A stretch of 64,000 nucleotides of DNA from Amphiscolops sp. MND2022 (taxonomy: Eukaryota). A program made the translations under genes and the position numbers. Under the pieces are notes generated by a model. That model saw only the letters and a program-made list of their open reading frames with translations, was not told the DNA's origin and ran no database searches. Numbering within the stretch: the stretch's first letter is position 1; every line of letters starts with the position of its first letter. Where the stretch lies: assembly GCA_964187785.1 (NCBI GenBank), contig OZ076409.1, positions 39,434,001 through 39,498,000 of the forward strand, read 5' to 3'. Positions 37,730 to 51,139 of this stretch are shown piece after piece.

Positions 37730-39960
37730 TCCACTATCAGATATCAAGGATCTTCATCAATCAAATGACATGTGTGTCATCATGTTAGGGGGAGAAGACA
37801 CACACCCGTGGGCTGCAACGAAAGGAGCAAACCCCATAGCAGCCACTATCCCAGTATACCAGTAACAACCAACAAACTACTCATACCTGCCACTATCCCA
37901 GTCCACTGGTAGAAACAAGTTTCAAAAAAGCTGCAATTATATAAATGTTTAAAATAATAACTATACGTAAAAATAACTATACGTAAAAATTTTTATTGAG
38001 ATCCGTTGCTTCAAAAAGCTGCCAGCTCAATGATCGTCGTGCGAACGACAGAGCAATTCACAGGAATTAGGTCCAGTTTGTAGAAATTCTACAAACTGGT
38101 TCTGGTGGTCGTTTGTAGATTTTTTTCTACAAACTGAATCATTAAATTTCACAAATTGGTATTCAAATTCTACAAACTGGACATCCTTCACACAAGATCC
38201 TGAGAGCTCCACCGCCTAAAAAAATAAGATCTAAAAACTGACATTTGGGGCATATCCGGTGTATGCACGCTCGCCCTCACCGTCGCGAAGACCAGCTCCA
38301 ACTACGATTGCATCGCGATCTCCGTTCCCGCTAGGTCTTTGCTCCTGTTCTACCTCGCTTAGCAAGATGGGAATATAAGCGGCCCCAAGGGGCCGCGGGG
38401 CACTAGAGGAAATGGGGATATATCCGAGGCACGTATTATACTTTATATCACTTTTTAGTTTTAGATCCTAATTATTTTTTTTTCTCAAGTTATATCAAAT
38501 TAGAAGAAATTTTTAGACCTGATTATTTAGATCAATTTATTTAGATCTGTTTTGCCCCCTCTCTTAGATCTATTTCGATTATGGCCGATTACTTTTTCCG
38601 AGACAAAATAATAAGTGGATATAAAAGAGCGATGAAACAGCTGTTAACAAATTTCTGTTGAATAAAACATTCTCTATTGACGTTGTTTGTACCTATTATA
38701 TAGTATGTACTTGTTCGAATTGTGTTTTGTTTAAAAGTATTAGCTAAATTGTTTTGGTTTCACATAGCGTTGATGATTTCCAGGGCTGAGATTTCCCTGT
38801 AGGTGTGTTTTGAAGAGCTTTCCCGCAGAGAACATACGCTCAACATCACAACTGGTTGGTCTAAATCAAAAAAGCCGCCACTTTTCGGCAATTGATCTTT
38901 AAAACAAGGCACAAAAATGGGTAATCATCATCTGTGAATGCAATTAAACAAATAATCACCTGGAATTCTCTAACACAGTGAAACTATCGAAATGTTCAGC
39001 AGTCGTTTGACGACTGGTTTCTTTCAGGAACTTGATCGGTTGGCTTTTCATATTTTGAATGTCATTGATGGATCACGTGTGGTGGGGCAAAAACGTCAAG
39101 AAGATTCCAACGTCTGCTTCATGAGAGAATTGAGAGTAGCATGACGTGAGAAGCGACCATCAATCTTGGTGCAAGAAAGACAGTGTAAACTGTCCGTTCA
39201 ACTCGTTTACTGCAGTGGCACGTATGCTCAACACAGATGTTGACTCCGAGACGTAAACCAAACGAAATCAGAAGCTGTGGATCATCAAGTTTCAGGCATC
39301 GGTTTTTGCAAGAAACGACGTTCAGCCATTGAGACCCGATTTTGCCCTGAGGAGCGTTAAAAACGTTCGAACGTTTGTCATCCATTCTAGAAATCAAATC
39401 CTAAACGGTTTTGACGTAGACAAGCTGTGTCCAATTTTTCTGAGTTCCATCGAGAAGACTTTGCTGTTCATTCGTCAAACTCAGCTATTTTTCAAGCGCT
39501 TTTGTGAACGAAACATCTTCGAAGGTTTCTGAGAAAATCTTCGTGCGAAAGTCACTCGCAAAAGCTGAAGCCAAAAAGGCTGGAAATGCTTATGACGCGG
39601 ATGAAACCCCAATACAACTAATTTCAACGGGCAGAGGCTGCTGAGTACTCGAAATATCGTCGAAGTTCATATTACACACTTTGGAAAGCCCGTCGCTAAC
39701 GGTTTCTTGATTCTTTTCCAAGAGAACTGGATGAAGACTTGTTCTCAATAAGTACAACAACTTTGACAGACTAAAGCATTTTTCCAAAATAAAAAAAACC
39801 ATAATGAGCATCCAGTTTTTCTACAATTTCTTTCCTTTTTTCGAGTTCAACTATTTTCTTTTCCAATAAATCTGCGTACCATCTGCGAACAGGCTGCCCC
39901 CGTCCATGAACCAAGAATAACACGTTCATCTTTCGTTGGTGTTTTGGTCACTGGGGCAAA
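37730..39960 (-). mobile_element. Fragmented non-LTR retrotransposon with REL endonuclease (CRE-like), copy 1
   Basis: LEKCFSLSKLLYLLRTS, SQWLNVV..LRLG..CHC, FLKQRIS; 3' region homologous to 48300-48680. Confidence 0.7.
38246..38761 (+). repeat. ~515 bp repeat, inverted copy of 47558-48076
   Basis: Near-identical reverse complement; contains hairpin GCGGCCCC-aa-GGGGCCGC and many AGATCT motifs. Confidence 0.9.
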
Positions 39961-40008
39961 TGTTTTGGGAAGAAGCTAAAATTGTCATTAGTAATTGTCT
40001 ATCGTTGA

Positions 40009-41542
40009 CAGGGTTATCAAATAATTGAATCCAGCCTAGTTTGTGTTTTGGATCACAAACATTTATTTGGTTTTGGAGTTTGTTTGCCCCAACCATATTT
40101 GTTTGGGTTTTGGGTTGGGGTATATTTGGGGGGTATATTTGGGTCCTGAATCAACTTTTGCTGCTCTTTTGAACGAAAAATGTCTCTTAATCAAAATTTT
40201 TTGCTACTTTCAAAAAAAAGGATTAAAAACAAAGTAGCAGGAAGAGTATGTGTGTATTAGATGTGCAAAGAGATGAAGTGTATAAGAGATGCCTTATGGA
40301 CTTAGAACTCCCGACAGCAGACCATTTATCGAACCTAAGAGACAAGAGATCCGTCGCGCCTCTTCGGCTAAGTTCGAGTTTGATCGCAGCAATAATATGA
40401 TTATACTTCTCGTCCAATGAGGAAGTTACGTTATCAGTTTTCATGCTACCAAATTTGGCTCTTTTGTACAGAACGCGCATGTTCGGCGATTTTACTACTT
40501 TTGAAAGCGGAAAAATGTCTTCGTAAACAAACTTGCAGACTGAATTGATTCCTTCGGTCTTCTTAGGATTCTCTTGACGAAAACACCAAGTCCCTTGATT
40601 TTAATCAAATTTGCGCTTGCAACCATTTCTGCGATGGTTCCACATTAAGCTTGTTCCATAGTTGTTACTTCTGGTTACAAAACCACATTCTACGCTCTTG
40701 CGTAACGATGTTTTCCGTTTATTAACAATTTTTGCCTTAAAATGTCAATAAATCTCTTAAAATCAGGTCTAAAAACCTCCAATCTCCATCTTCATTGGTA
40801 GCCAAAACTTGATGCTCATCGCCAGCCAGAGTTTCAACGTCAGAAACGTGGTCAACTTCTTTAATTTCGCTTTGCTCATGATCATTCATAACCGTCCTTT
40901 AAATAAAAAGGAAATATTTCAAATTCTTGCCAATTTTAGTTTTTAATTCAACTTTTAAACTTTAATTTTACGTAACGCACGCTAAACGAAACAAAATACG
41001 TTTAAATTTAAATTCTAATAAAATTATTTGGGGGATTTTGAGACAAGTTTAGGTCATTATTTGTATATTTGAGTATTTTCACGTATTTGGTTTGAGGCAG
41101 GGACATTTCGTCACCAGCCATTTGGGCGACAAAAATTTCTGCTCATTTCGGCGACAATAATGTCGCTCAAATGTCCCGTCAAATATGTTCACATACCCGT
41201 AGTGCCCTAAATGCAGGACCAAAGCGAAGAGGAGCGACGTGCCGTATGGCCATACCTCAATGTTGCTACTTGGCGAAGGGAGCGAAGCGACCGAGCCATA
41301 CAACAAATATGCTAACCTCTTTAAATATATCAGTTAATTGATCATTTTGATCAACCCATTTGGTCGACGCTTTTGTCGCCCATGTGACCGACGCCATATT
41401 GTCGCCCAAATGGCTGGTGACGAAATGTCCCTGACCTTTTGGGTTTTGGGTGCAATCACGGTATTTGGATTTTTGGTTTGTACAAAACCAGTTAATTGTT
41501 GTAAAACCCAAATAATTGGGTATTTGTAATTTGGGATCCCTG
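40009..41542 (-). mobile_element. Non-autonomous hAT element with transposase remnant
   Basis: CAGGG..CCCTG TIRs, 8 bp TSD ATCGTTGA/ACCGATGA (6/8), remnant LSLRFDKWS at 40223-40480. Confidence 0.7.
41095..41437. mobile_element. Mutator-like MITE nested in the hAT element
   Basis: ~35 bp TIRs CAGGGACATTTCGTCACCAGCCATTTGGGCGACAA; the empty site in the 28856-29779 copy indicates a 9 bp TSD (tttggtttg/tttgggttt). Confidence 0.75.
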
Positions 41543-41697
41543 ACCGATGATTAGTAAAAATCAACAAGAAAAACACGTTTGACCAGAACGATGCAAAGCG
41601 CGGAATCATCAGTTCCTTGAAAGCGGTTTTTCCATGGTAATTCTCATGGTAGAAAATCCTGAGAAGGAAGAATTCCATGCTGAAGCCGATTCAAAAA

Positions 41698-44600
41698 TTA
41701 TAGATTTTGTACCGAAAATATGTTTGTAATCGTCATTCTTGTTAATTAATGTGGAGATTTTCAAAGAAATTTGGGCAACTGAATGCTAACAATGGAAATC
41801 AACAATATGGAGGTATATCAATTTTAAGTATGTATCACATCTTGATCGCACCGAAAAAATAATTAATGGAACCATTGGGAAGTCACTGAAGCAAATAATC
41901 TAATGTAAGAACTGAATGGATGAATCATATGTTGAAACTCCACCTTTTTCGGTGCTATATCATGGGCACAGCAAAATGTTAGTGAAAAGTTCTGTTTTTG
42001 TTTTCCCTAGAGGTTTTGTCAGCAGATCGGCCGGCATTTTATCAGTAGGTGAAAATTCTAGTGAAATTTCGCCCTTTTCCGTTTTTTCTTGAAGAAAGCA
42101 AGTTTTTTATGGCAAAATGCTTTGTCTTGTTATGATTGATTGAGTGTTTGCTTAGAGCTATGCATGCTTGATTGTCGACAAACACGCTCACAGGTCTCGC
42201 CACAACAACTCCAAGCTCGCTCGAAACTCCACAAACATACTTCAACTCTTGGAGGGCAACAGTGCAAGCATTGACTTCAGCTTCGGCTGTTGACAGAGCA
42301 ACACTAGCTTGCAATTTACTCGTACAACACACACAACCACTCACACTGTTCAATTTCACACACACGCCACTTGTACTCTTTCTCGATGTCAACTCACCAG
42401 CCCAATCTGCGTCAGAGAAAGCACACACAGAGACACCACCTTCACACGTTTCCAAAGACGAGTTCAGGTTGCTTGATTCCTTTCAAATACCTCAAAATTC
42501 GTTTTGCGGCCATCCAATGTTCTTTTGATGGATGCTCTAGGAACCTACTTAAGACGTGAGAAGCATGAGCAATATCAGGACGACTGCTAAGTGCTAAGTA
42601 GTTTAAACTACCAACTAATCCTCTATAGTCTCGTCGTTCCATTGTGCTTTGTTCATTATAATCCTGTTCTTTGTTACTTCCTCGTTCAAACTTGTTTTTT
42701 TCTGGTAACGGACTTTGTACTGGTTTACCCTCTTCCATGTTTTAGCGTTTCAGAAGATCATCAATGTACTTCTCCTGATTCACCGCTATTTCACCTTCTC
42801 TAACGTCTATCTTCATCCCGAGAAACCAATGTAATGAACTACAGTCACTCTCTTCAAATTGTTTTATTCACTTTCTTCTCGAACCATTCAACGAAACTCT
42901 CTTGTCGTCCCCAATAAAACATATCATCCACCCACACACAACACACAACTCATCACCGGTACCTCTCACAAACAAGCGTTTGTCGTTAATACATGCTCGG
43001 AATCCGATTCTTTCTAGGAACGTCTTCAGTGTTAAATACCAGTTGCGTCCAGACTATTTAAGTCCGTATAGACTCTTTGGCAACTTACAGTACACTTGGT
43101 TACCTTCGTTATTTTTAACTTCAAAGCCTTCCCGTTGTTCCATGTAGATGTTCTCTTCTATTTCTGCATTCAAATATGCTGTTTCGATGTCCATCTGTCT
43201 TGGTTTTACTTGATACTGCGCTGCTAGGTTCAACAGAACCCGTATTGTGGACATTCTCGTGGTTGGTGAATAGGTTTCGAAGAAATCGCGACCCTCAACT
43301 TGTGAAAAACCTTTCGCAACAAATCTGGTTTTGCATTTCTCGAAACTTCCGTCTTCGTTGTGTTTCATTGTGAAGTGCCATTTTTCTTTCAGCGGCTTAG
43401 TTCCCTTAGGTAGTTGCTCTAATGTCCAAACTTTGTTGCTACATAAGGAATCGAACTCAGCTTTCCTTGCTTCCTTCCACTGAGGATCTTTTAATGCTTC
43501 TTGAACGGAACTAGGTACCTTAGTAACAGTCTGACTTGGTTCCTTCTTTACATTGAATGACACTTCATCACCCACAACAACTGTGTCATGATCTTGATTG
43601 GATGGGATGTTGTTCACATTTGGTTCACTTTTCTTGGTTCCAAAGTAAAACTCACCATCAAGGAATCTCGCACTTCTTGTTTTGATCTTCTTGGTTGCGC
43701 CGTTTTCCTCCATTCCAACTATGTATGTTTTGCTGTTCTCTGCAAAATCTAGAAAGACTCCCATTTTTGCTCTTTCGTCGAACTTTCCTCTAAACTGCTT
43801 CTCCACAAAACTGTAGACTTTGCAGCCAAACACTTTGATGAAGCTTAAATTTGGCTTTTCACCGTTCATCCTTTCATATGGTGTTTGCTTGGTTGCTGAG
43901 TGTAAGAGCATGTTTTTGATGTAAAACGCATAGTTCAGTACGTATGCCCATTATTCTTTGTCCATGTTGGCCCGATGGATCATACAACTGTTCATTCCAC
44001 AAATTGTTCCCCACACTCTCTCAATTTTCCCGTTTTCCTCTGGTGTATACAGTGCAGATGTTTCCTGTCTGATGCCTTTGTTCCTACAAAATGTCTTCAT
44101 GTCTCCGCCAATAAACTCCTTTGCACAGTCGGTTACAAGAACTCTTGGTTTCCCTATATCTGCACAGTACTGCTTAAATTTCGCTGCTACTTCGTCACGG
44201 CTTTTCATGAAGTAAACCTTACCATAGCGACTGTAACTATCTTGGAAGCCGATGGCGTACTTATGAGCATCCACCGAAACTGGTGACACGGGGCCTAGGA
44301 CGTCACAATGTACGTAGTCCAATGTCTCTTTGGACCGTGTAATGTGGTCTTTGGGTACAGGTCTTCTTTTGGCTTTGTTAACCTCACACACTTCACACAC
44401 GAACACGTCATTTTCACACACATCCATTCCAACAACATGGTCCTTCAACTTCTTCAAATCCTCCCAGTTATTATGACCCAGTCGGTGATGCCACTTACTT
44501 TACTAGAGAGGCATGTCTCATGCTTGGTTGCTCTCAGGTCGGGGACTATTCTCCAAACGAACAAATTGTTTTCTTGCTCTATGTGGAACACTTGGTTCCA

Positions 44601-46745
44601 TCAGGCGTTGTTAAGGAGTTTTTCTCTCCGAAACGAATCTCCACCCCGACTTTTTTCAATCGCGCTACGGACACTAGATTTCTGTCGTACGCCGGCACGT
44701 GCACAGCATCCCTCAACTCCACTCTTCTCGCGTTACCTTCGCTATCTTTTACACAGAAGACAGCGCGGCCTCTTCCGCACAGTTTCGACACCGTCTTGTT
44801 GGCACATCCAACTACTCCTTCTATCTCCTCATTCAGTTCGGCGAACAGTTTTCTGTCTTTGATCATGTGGTTCGTGCAACCACTATCCACATCGAGTCAT
44901 TATTACTCACTTCAATGTTTCATTTGCAAAGAATGAAACTTGGACCTCCTCATTTTCGCCTGAATCATCCTGTTGCACGGCTAATCTTGCCTCATCGATC
45001 CCTTGGTTGCTTTGGTTTCCTCTCAATTTGAAACAGGTGTTTAAGGTGTGTCCTTTTCTCTTGCAGTGGTTACAAAATCTTTCCGGCATTCGATGGTTAC
45101 TATCGCGGGAAGTCACTTGGGATCGGCAATCTTTCGCTATATGTCCTCGTTTACTGCATTTGAAACAGACGAGAGGTTGTCCGAAATTCTTGGTCTGCTT
45201 GGTCTCTGCTCGTGCTTTTTGTGTACACTTAAATGATTTGTGACCTGGTCCTCCACAGAGATGACATTTAACTTCGTTACGACTGAGGAATGTGGTTTCT
45301 TCTACTCTTGGTTTCCTTCGGTCGGTGTCGAAATTTATCAGATCCCTCTTCACCTCATCCAAACTTCTTAGTTTCCTTGGTAAAATTTACGAGGGCTTAA
45401 AATGACTCGAATTCCCTGGGAAGACCTTTAACAATATTGATTTAAACATTTGCTCGCTTAACGCTTCGTCCACCTGACTTAGGTTGTACTGTAAGTCTTC
45501 AGCTCTCGTAATAAAATCAATAATGGTTTCATTTTGATCCTTTCTAAGTGAGGTCAGTTTCTCAATCAGCTGCTGCAACCTAGGACGCTCAAAACTCTTA
45601 AAACGGTCACACAAGGCTTTCCACGCAGCTGCACCATCACCTTTGTAACTTCTCACGAACAACAGAGACTTTTTATCCAAGCATTGCACCAATTCGCACC
45701 AGATCTTTTACTTTTTGTCTGCAAAAATTTCCGCCGCCTTTTCGTTAGCTACCTGCCTTTCTTCTCTCGATGAACCACTCCTTGCTTTCGGTTTACAAGA
45801 CTCAAAATCCTCACTTCCATTCAGCACAACAAACAGTCTCAACAAATACATTCTAGCCTCAAACTGTTCACAAAACATAACAAAGTCATCCTCGCTCCCT
45901 GAAATTTTGATACTTTCCAACTTCGTTTGGACACTCACAGCCATGACAATTAAACATGCAACACTCACTACAAACACTCAGATATCAAATTTTTTATTGT
46001 TTTTAAAATCAATGTTCAAACCAATAAAATTAGGCAACCGATTCTTTCTCTTTTTTTTGAATTGATGACAAGCTATTTACTATACGGCAGATCTGCTAAC
46101 AAAACAAAGGTGAACTTTTTTCACTACTATTTAATCAATCAGAGTTGGAATTTCTAATTTCTGTTCTATTTCATCATCCAGAATTGAAATGCATCTTTTA
46201 AAAAATCGTTTTTTTTTAATTCAAGGGGGACTTTCTTATATGGGATGGGATCTAGCACTAATTAATGAAAAAGTTCAAAATTTGTCGTAATAGTTCAAAA
46301 AGTTTTTCTGGGTTCAAAGAGTTTTCGTAAAATTTAGGAATCCAAATGTAAAACTTTTTTCTTCAACTGTCCGCAGACTCTTTTTTTCAAATTCCAATTT
46401 TTTTTTGAAACCGTCAAATTTTCTCGCAGAAATTGTTGCTCTTCTAATTTCCCATTCAATCAGTTGGTATCACAGACTCCAGTGGAATCGTTCTGGGCCA
46501 CATAACCTTATAGGTTATGTACCGAAAAGATGTTTGTAATCGTCATTCTTGGTAATTAATGTAGAGAACTTTAAAGAAGAGGGCAACTGAATGCTAACAA
46601 TGAAAATCAACAATATGGAGGTAAATCAACTTTAAGTATGTATCACACCTTGATCGCACCGATAATATAATTATTGGAAACATTGAGAAGTCAATGAAAC
46701 AAATAATCTAATGTAAGAACTGAATGGATGAATCATATGTTGAAA
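41698..46745 (-). mobile_element. Ty1/Copia LTR retrotransposon, full length, decayed
   Basis: LTRs 46508-46745 and 41698-41937, PBS GGTTATGTGGCCCAG, PPT GAAAAAGGTGGAG, 5 bp TSD aaaaa/agaaa, gag-PR-IN-RT-RH order. Confidence 0.95.
41970..45945 (-). pseudogene. Copia gag-pol polyprotein with multiple stops and frameshifts
   Basis: Three CX2CX4HX4C knuckles, DSGCTNHM, WHHRLGH, HCDVLGP..PEENGKIER, RFVAKGFSQ..QMDIETAYLN..KSLYGLK, SRPDI, FSDADWAG. Confidence 0.93.
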
Positions 46746-47557
46746 AGAAATAGGGCTTTCTGTAAACGTGCTGAAAACAATTAAACAGTACACAAGGCAT
46801 AACTTAAGTGCTCAGAGGGATGTCTCTGTGGTGGCTTGAATCATTGAAACGGTTCGTTTCACTGGTGCCTTGCAGGTACTACAGGCCAATTTGCCATTAC
46901 TGGAAAAAGCTATTGGATTCTTTCTCTTTTGATCTCTCTCAGATGACATAGATCGTCGTCATAAATCTAGTGCCGTTTAGGTCATCGTCTACGGCTGACA
47001 TGACACGCACCCGTGGTCTGCAACCATAAGTGAACAAAATAAACCATAAAGCATTCCTACTAATGTCAAACTTGTAAACAAACTACGGTTTATACAGATA
47101 AACAGAATGAACGATATCATCCAACTCATGTGAAAAACCACAATCACATCACTTTATTTTGGAACCGTTCAAATTACGGAGGGAACCAAACAGACTTGTG
47201 AATTTGTTCATTGAAATTTATTCCGTTTTGCTGATGACGCTTTGGAAATGAGCAAAACGGCATCACCATTATGTGATTGTGGAGCATTAGAAGAAATTGC
47301 TGTACACTATTTCCTAAATTGTGAAGAAAACAACGAATTCAGGCTCAGATAAATTGACAAACCTATTGTGGTAGCCTTGCGAAGAAACGTAAGAGTAAAC
47401 TTCTATATCCTCGTATAAAACATTATCAGCTCAATCAGAAAAGACACAATTTACAACCATCAGACCATCAGTTCTAATGTTATGTAACATCAAGCGGCTA
47501 CGTGGAATCAGGTCTAATGAAATAGAGAGAGACAGAGAAAGACTTTATTCTCATAGA

Positions 47558-48076
47558 GAAACCAAAACAATTTAGCTAATACTTTTAAACAAAACACAAT
47601 TCGAACAAGTACATACTATATAATAGGTACAAACAACGTCAATAGAGAATGTTTTATTCAACAGAAATTTGTTAACAGCTGTTTCATCGCTCTTTTATAT
47701 CCACTTATTATTTTGTGTCGGAAAAAGTAATCGGCCATAATCGAAATAGATCTAAGAGAGGGGGCAAAACTGAGATCTAAATAAATTGATCTAAATAATC
47801 AGGTCTAAAAATTTCTTCTAATTTGATATAACTTGAGAAAAAAAAATTAATTAGGATCTAAAACTAAAAAGTGATATAAAGTATAATACGTGCCTCGGAT
47901 ATATCCCCATTTGCTCTAGTGCCCCGCGGCCCCTTGGGGCCGCTTATATTCCCATCTTGCTAAGCGAGGTCGAACAGGAGCAAAGACCTAGCGGGAACGG
48001 AGATCACGAAGCGATCGTAGTGGGAGCTGGTCTTTGCGACGGTGAGGGCGAGCGTGCATACATCGCAAATGCCCCA
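47558..48076 (-). repeat. Inverted copy of 38246-38761
   Basis: Reverse-complement match with few mismatches. Confidence 0.9.
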
Positions 48077-48299
48077 CATTATAATTCTGCTTTCAGAACA
48101 CATATTAGATCACAAAGGGCTTAGACTTGAGTATTTTACATAAAATTAGATCTGAAAGTTAGACCTAACAGTTAGATCTAATTCCACTAGACCCAAGCAA
48201 TTAGATCAAAGGCGTACACTCCACAGCAAGCATTTACCGTTGCCAACTGCTCAGTCAAGAAGAAGAAGGATGGAAGAACCCATGGCATGGGTAATTTTT

Positions 48300-49790
48300 T
48301 ATTCTCTATCAGATATCTTTGATCTTGGTCATCAATCAAGTTCCATGTGTATCATCATGTTGGGGGGTGAAGACACACACCCGTGGTCTGCAACGAAAGT
48401 AGGGGACCCCATAGCAGCCACTCTACCAGTAAACCAGTAACAAAAAAAACAACCATTAAATTACTCAAATCAGCCACTATGCAGTCAACCGGTAGAAACA
48501 AGTTTCAAAAAAGCTGCAATTATATATAGGTTTAAAATATTAACTGTACGTAAAAATTTCATCAAACGCATCTCTGTCGCAAAGAGTTCCTATAACACAG
48601 GCCGCATTGCCGAGCTGAAGAGCTATTGAGATCCGTTGCTTCAAAAAGTTGCCAGCTCGTTGATCGTCGTGCGAACGACAGAGCATTTTGAAGAGACGCG
48701 TGATGAAAATTTCACTGCTCTCGCCTAAAGAACCCTGTACATCTAAGGCCACCGGCTGAAAAATGTATCCCTTGTCTATTAATTCGCAATAATTCTCAAT
48801 TTTACGCGCTTCGACCTCGGTGGCAGTGGTTCCCGGGTTGCATAAAGGGTGGGCTGAAATAAGTCGAAGGAACGGGATCGAAAATCAGAGTTGATCCTCA
48901 GGTCGACATACCAAATTTTTGAAAGGGATCGAAACAACTCGGATCGAAATTTTTATAACGTAGTCAGATATGTTCACATACCCCTAGTGCCCTGAATGCA
49001 GGAGCAAAGCGAAGCGGAGCGACGTGCCATATGGCCATGCCTCAATATTGCTACTTGGCAAAGGGAGCGAAGCGACCGAGCCATACAATAAAATTCGACC
49101 GCATTCCTTTTGATCCCTGCAATTCGATCAAAAGGTTCGACCTCTGTCCTTTCGACCAGAAAAATTCGACCTATTTACAGCCACCCTTGCATGAAGAACC
49201 TTGATTCAGGCGACTGGGTGCAAGAGCATCTACAACCGTGACATCCCACACCAGCTGTTTACCCATTTCCCAAGGAATCATGGTAACACCGTCTGGGCGT
49301 TTGCCATCAATTCGGTACAGTCCTCGCGGTTCGAGTCACGGTTTTGACAAAAGCAGGTTGTGTCCAATTTTTCTGGGTTCCATCGAGAGGATTTTCCTGT
49401 TCATTCGTCAAACTCAACCATTTCTCAAGCGCTTTTGTGAATGAAACATCTTCGAATGTTTCCGAGAAAAACGTCGTGAGAAAGTCACTCGCACCAAAAG
49501 CTGAAGCCAAAAAGGCGGGAAGTGCTAATAATGATGCGGATGAAACCCCAAGACCACCCCAGCTGAGTACTCGAAATACAGTCGAAGTTCACGTTACACA
49601 CTTTGGAAAGCCCGTCGCGCACGGTTTTTTCATATTTCTCCAAGAGAGCTGGATGATTAAAACATGTACTGGTTCTCAGGAAGTACAACAATTTTGGCAA
49701 ACTGAAGCAATTTTTCAACATAAAAAACCATAGTGTGATGAAAATTAGCCGACGATTTTTTTTCCACCAAGCACCCATGGCCATGAGCCT
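48300..49790 (-). mobile_element. 5'-truncated CRE-like non-LTR retrotransposon, copy 2
   Basis: FSLPKLLYFLRTS; REL endonuclease [26 protein letters not shown]-terminal GSLGE..FLKQRISIALQLGNAACVIGT. Confidence 0.8.
48847..49186. mobile_element. Mutator-like MITE inserted in the CRE-like element
   Basis: GGGTGG..CCACCC TIRs, 9 bp TSD TTGCATAAA/TTGCATGAA, shared ~125 bp core. Confidence 0.75.
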
Positions 49791-50799
49791 ATTTTGCCTC
49801 CTTCGGAAAAAACTGTTCCGTCAGAGGAGCATTCCGTTTCGTGTGGAGTCAGACTCGCCGGCCTGATCCAGTCTGTAATTGCTACGAGTCGCGTGAATTA
49901 CGATTTTTCATCCAAACTACCGTTTAGATAGCCTTCAAAAAGTGACAGTGACAGGGGACTCAAAGGTGACTTTCTTTGTCGCAGGACATGACGAAAAGTA
50001 GCTCACGAGCCAATTCAACCAGATTTTAGATAATTTACAGCACGCATAACAAAGCATGGCAATAATTACCGGAGAACACAAGGACGTATGCTTGTTTAAA
50101 CGAACTGACTCGTTTTAGGTAATTACAACCATAAGTAGGAAATTGCTGAAAAAAGCGCCGAAGCAAACGAAGTCCGTATTGGCATGATTGGCAGATTTGC
50201 TGAATGAGTCCTTCTCTGGCGTGTTCTTTGATTTCGTTTCGGTACAATCTCCGACAATTTCCGATTACGGGTGAAATTTTTGCGCTCTGATGTTCCAGGT
50301 CACTTCGGAGACGCAGCGGCGGAGATGTTGTTCCTGCTATAGACCGTTTGGCTAGAGATACGTTCAAACCAACCATTCAATGACTTTTACAGCCTTGGCA
50401 GAGCTTGGGGCTCTTCGACATCGAGCACTTACTTGCTCTGGCGGAAGTTCCTGCGACGTATCGGGCGAGACTGTGTCAAATTTCGTTGGGTTCTGCTCCG
50501 AAGGATTGAGAGGGTCAGGTACTTTTGAAATGCATTTCGTAGTGAAAGTGTTGATTCCGTTTTTCTCTGGGAACGAAACCACTGCGTGTTGCGGTGATAG
50601 TAGGCCAGTAATAAAGTTGATAATCCTCAAAGTTAAGTCGGATAAGCAACCGATAAGCTAATCGTCCCGTAACCAATACGAACTCAACTCACAAGATGAA
50701 ATTAAAACCTTCCAACGTTAATTTGACATCAAAATTTGCTCTAGAAGATTCCTGAATCTTCTTATTCACATAACGGGTTTTTTGCTAGGACATCTTTTA

Positions 50800-51139
50800 T
50801 TTTGAGATAACGCTTTACAATTGTTCCGATGCTCCAATACACTGACCGAAGACCGTTCTGAACAGTTCAGTTGCTAATTCTTATGGGGTAACAGCTGTAT
50901 GGTTGTTTGATTTATGGGACATCAAAGAAGTGTTTCAAACGCCTTGCCAAAACTAATTACTTTGGATTTTCGAAACTACCAAGATCCAGTAGAAACGATA
51001 ATTTAGGCAAATCAATTCTAGCATAGGGGTTCAAACTCGGGAAGGTAATGGCTGTGATATAGTGAAGGGCATTTCGGTCATCAGATTCCAAGTTTTGTGA
51101 AGCTCGTTTTAGTGAATTTGCACCAATAATATTTATCAT
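50800..51139 (-). pseudogene. Degenerate SGNH-like ORF relic (IIGANSL family)
   Basis: IIGANSLKRA..ITAITFPSLNP, then in a shifted frame WQGV*NTSLMSHKSNN; similar to 54860-55120. Confidence 0.3.

Noticed and set aside
37733..37785. C/D-box snoRNA or hammerhead-like motif (TGATGA..CTGA on the minus strand)
   Set aside because: Too short, no terminal stem or full catalytic core, and it lies in a repeat's 3' region.
44308..45243. Long plus-strand ORFs
   Set aside because: Antisense shadows of the Copia polyprotein; the same applies to minus-strand ORFs over the Bel/Pao pol.
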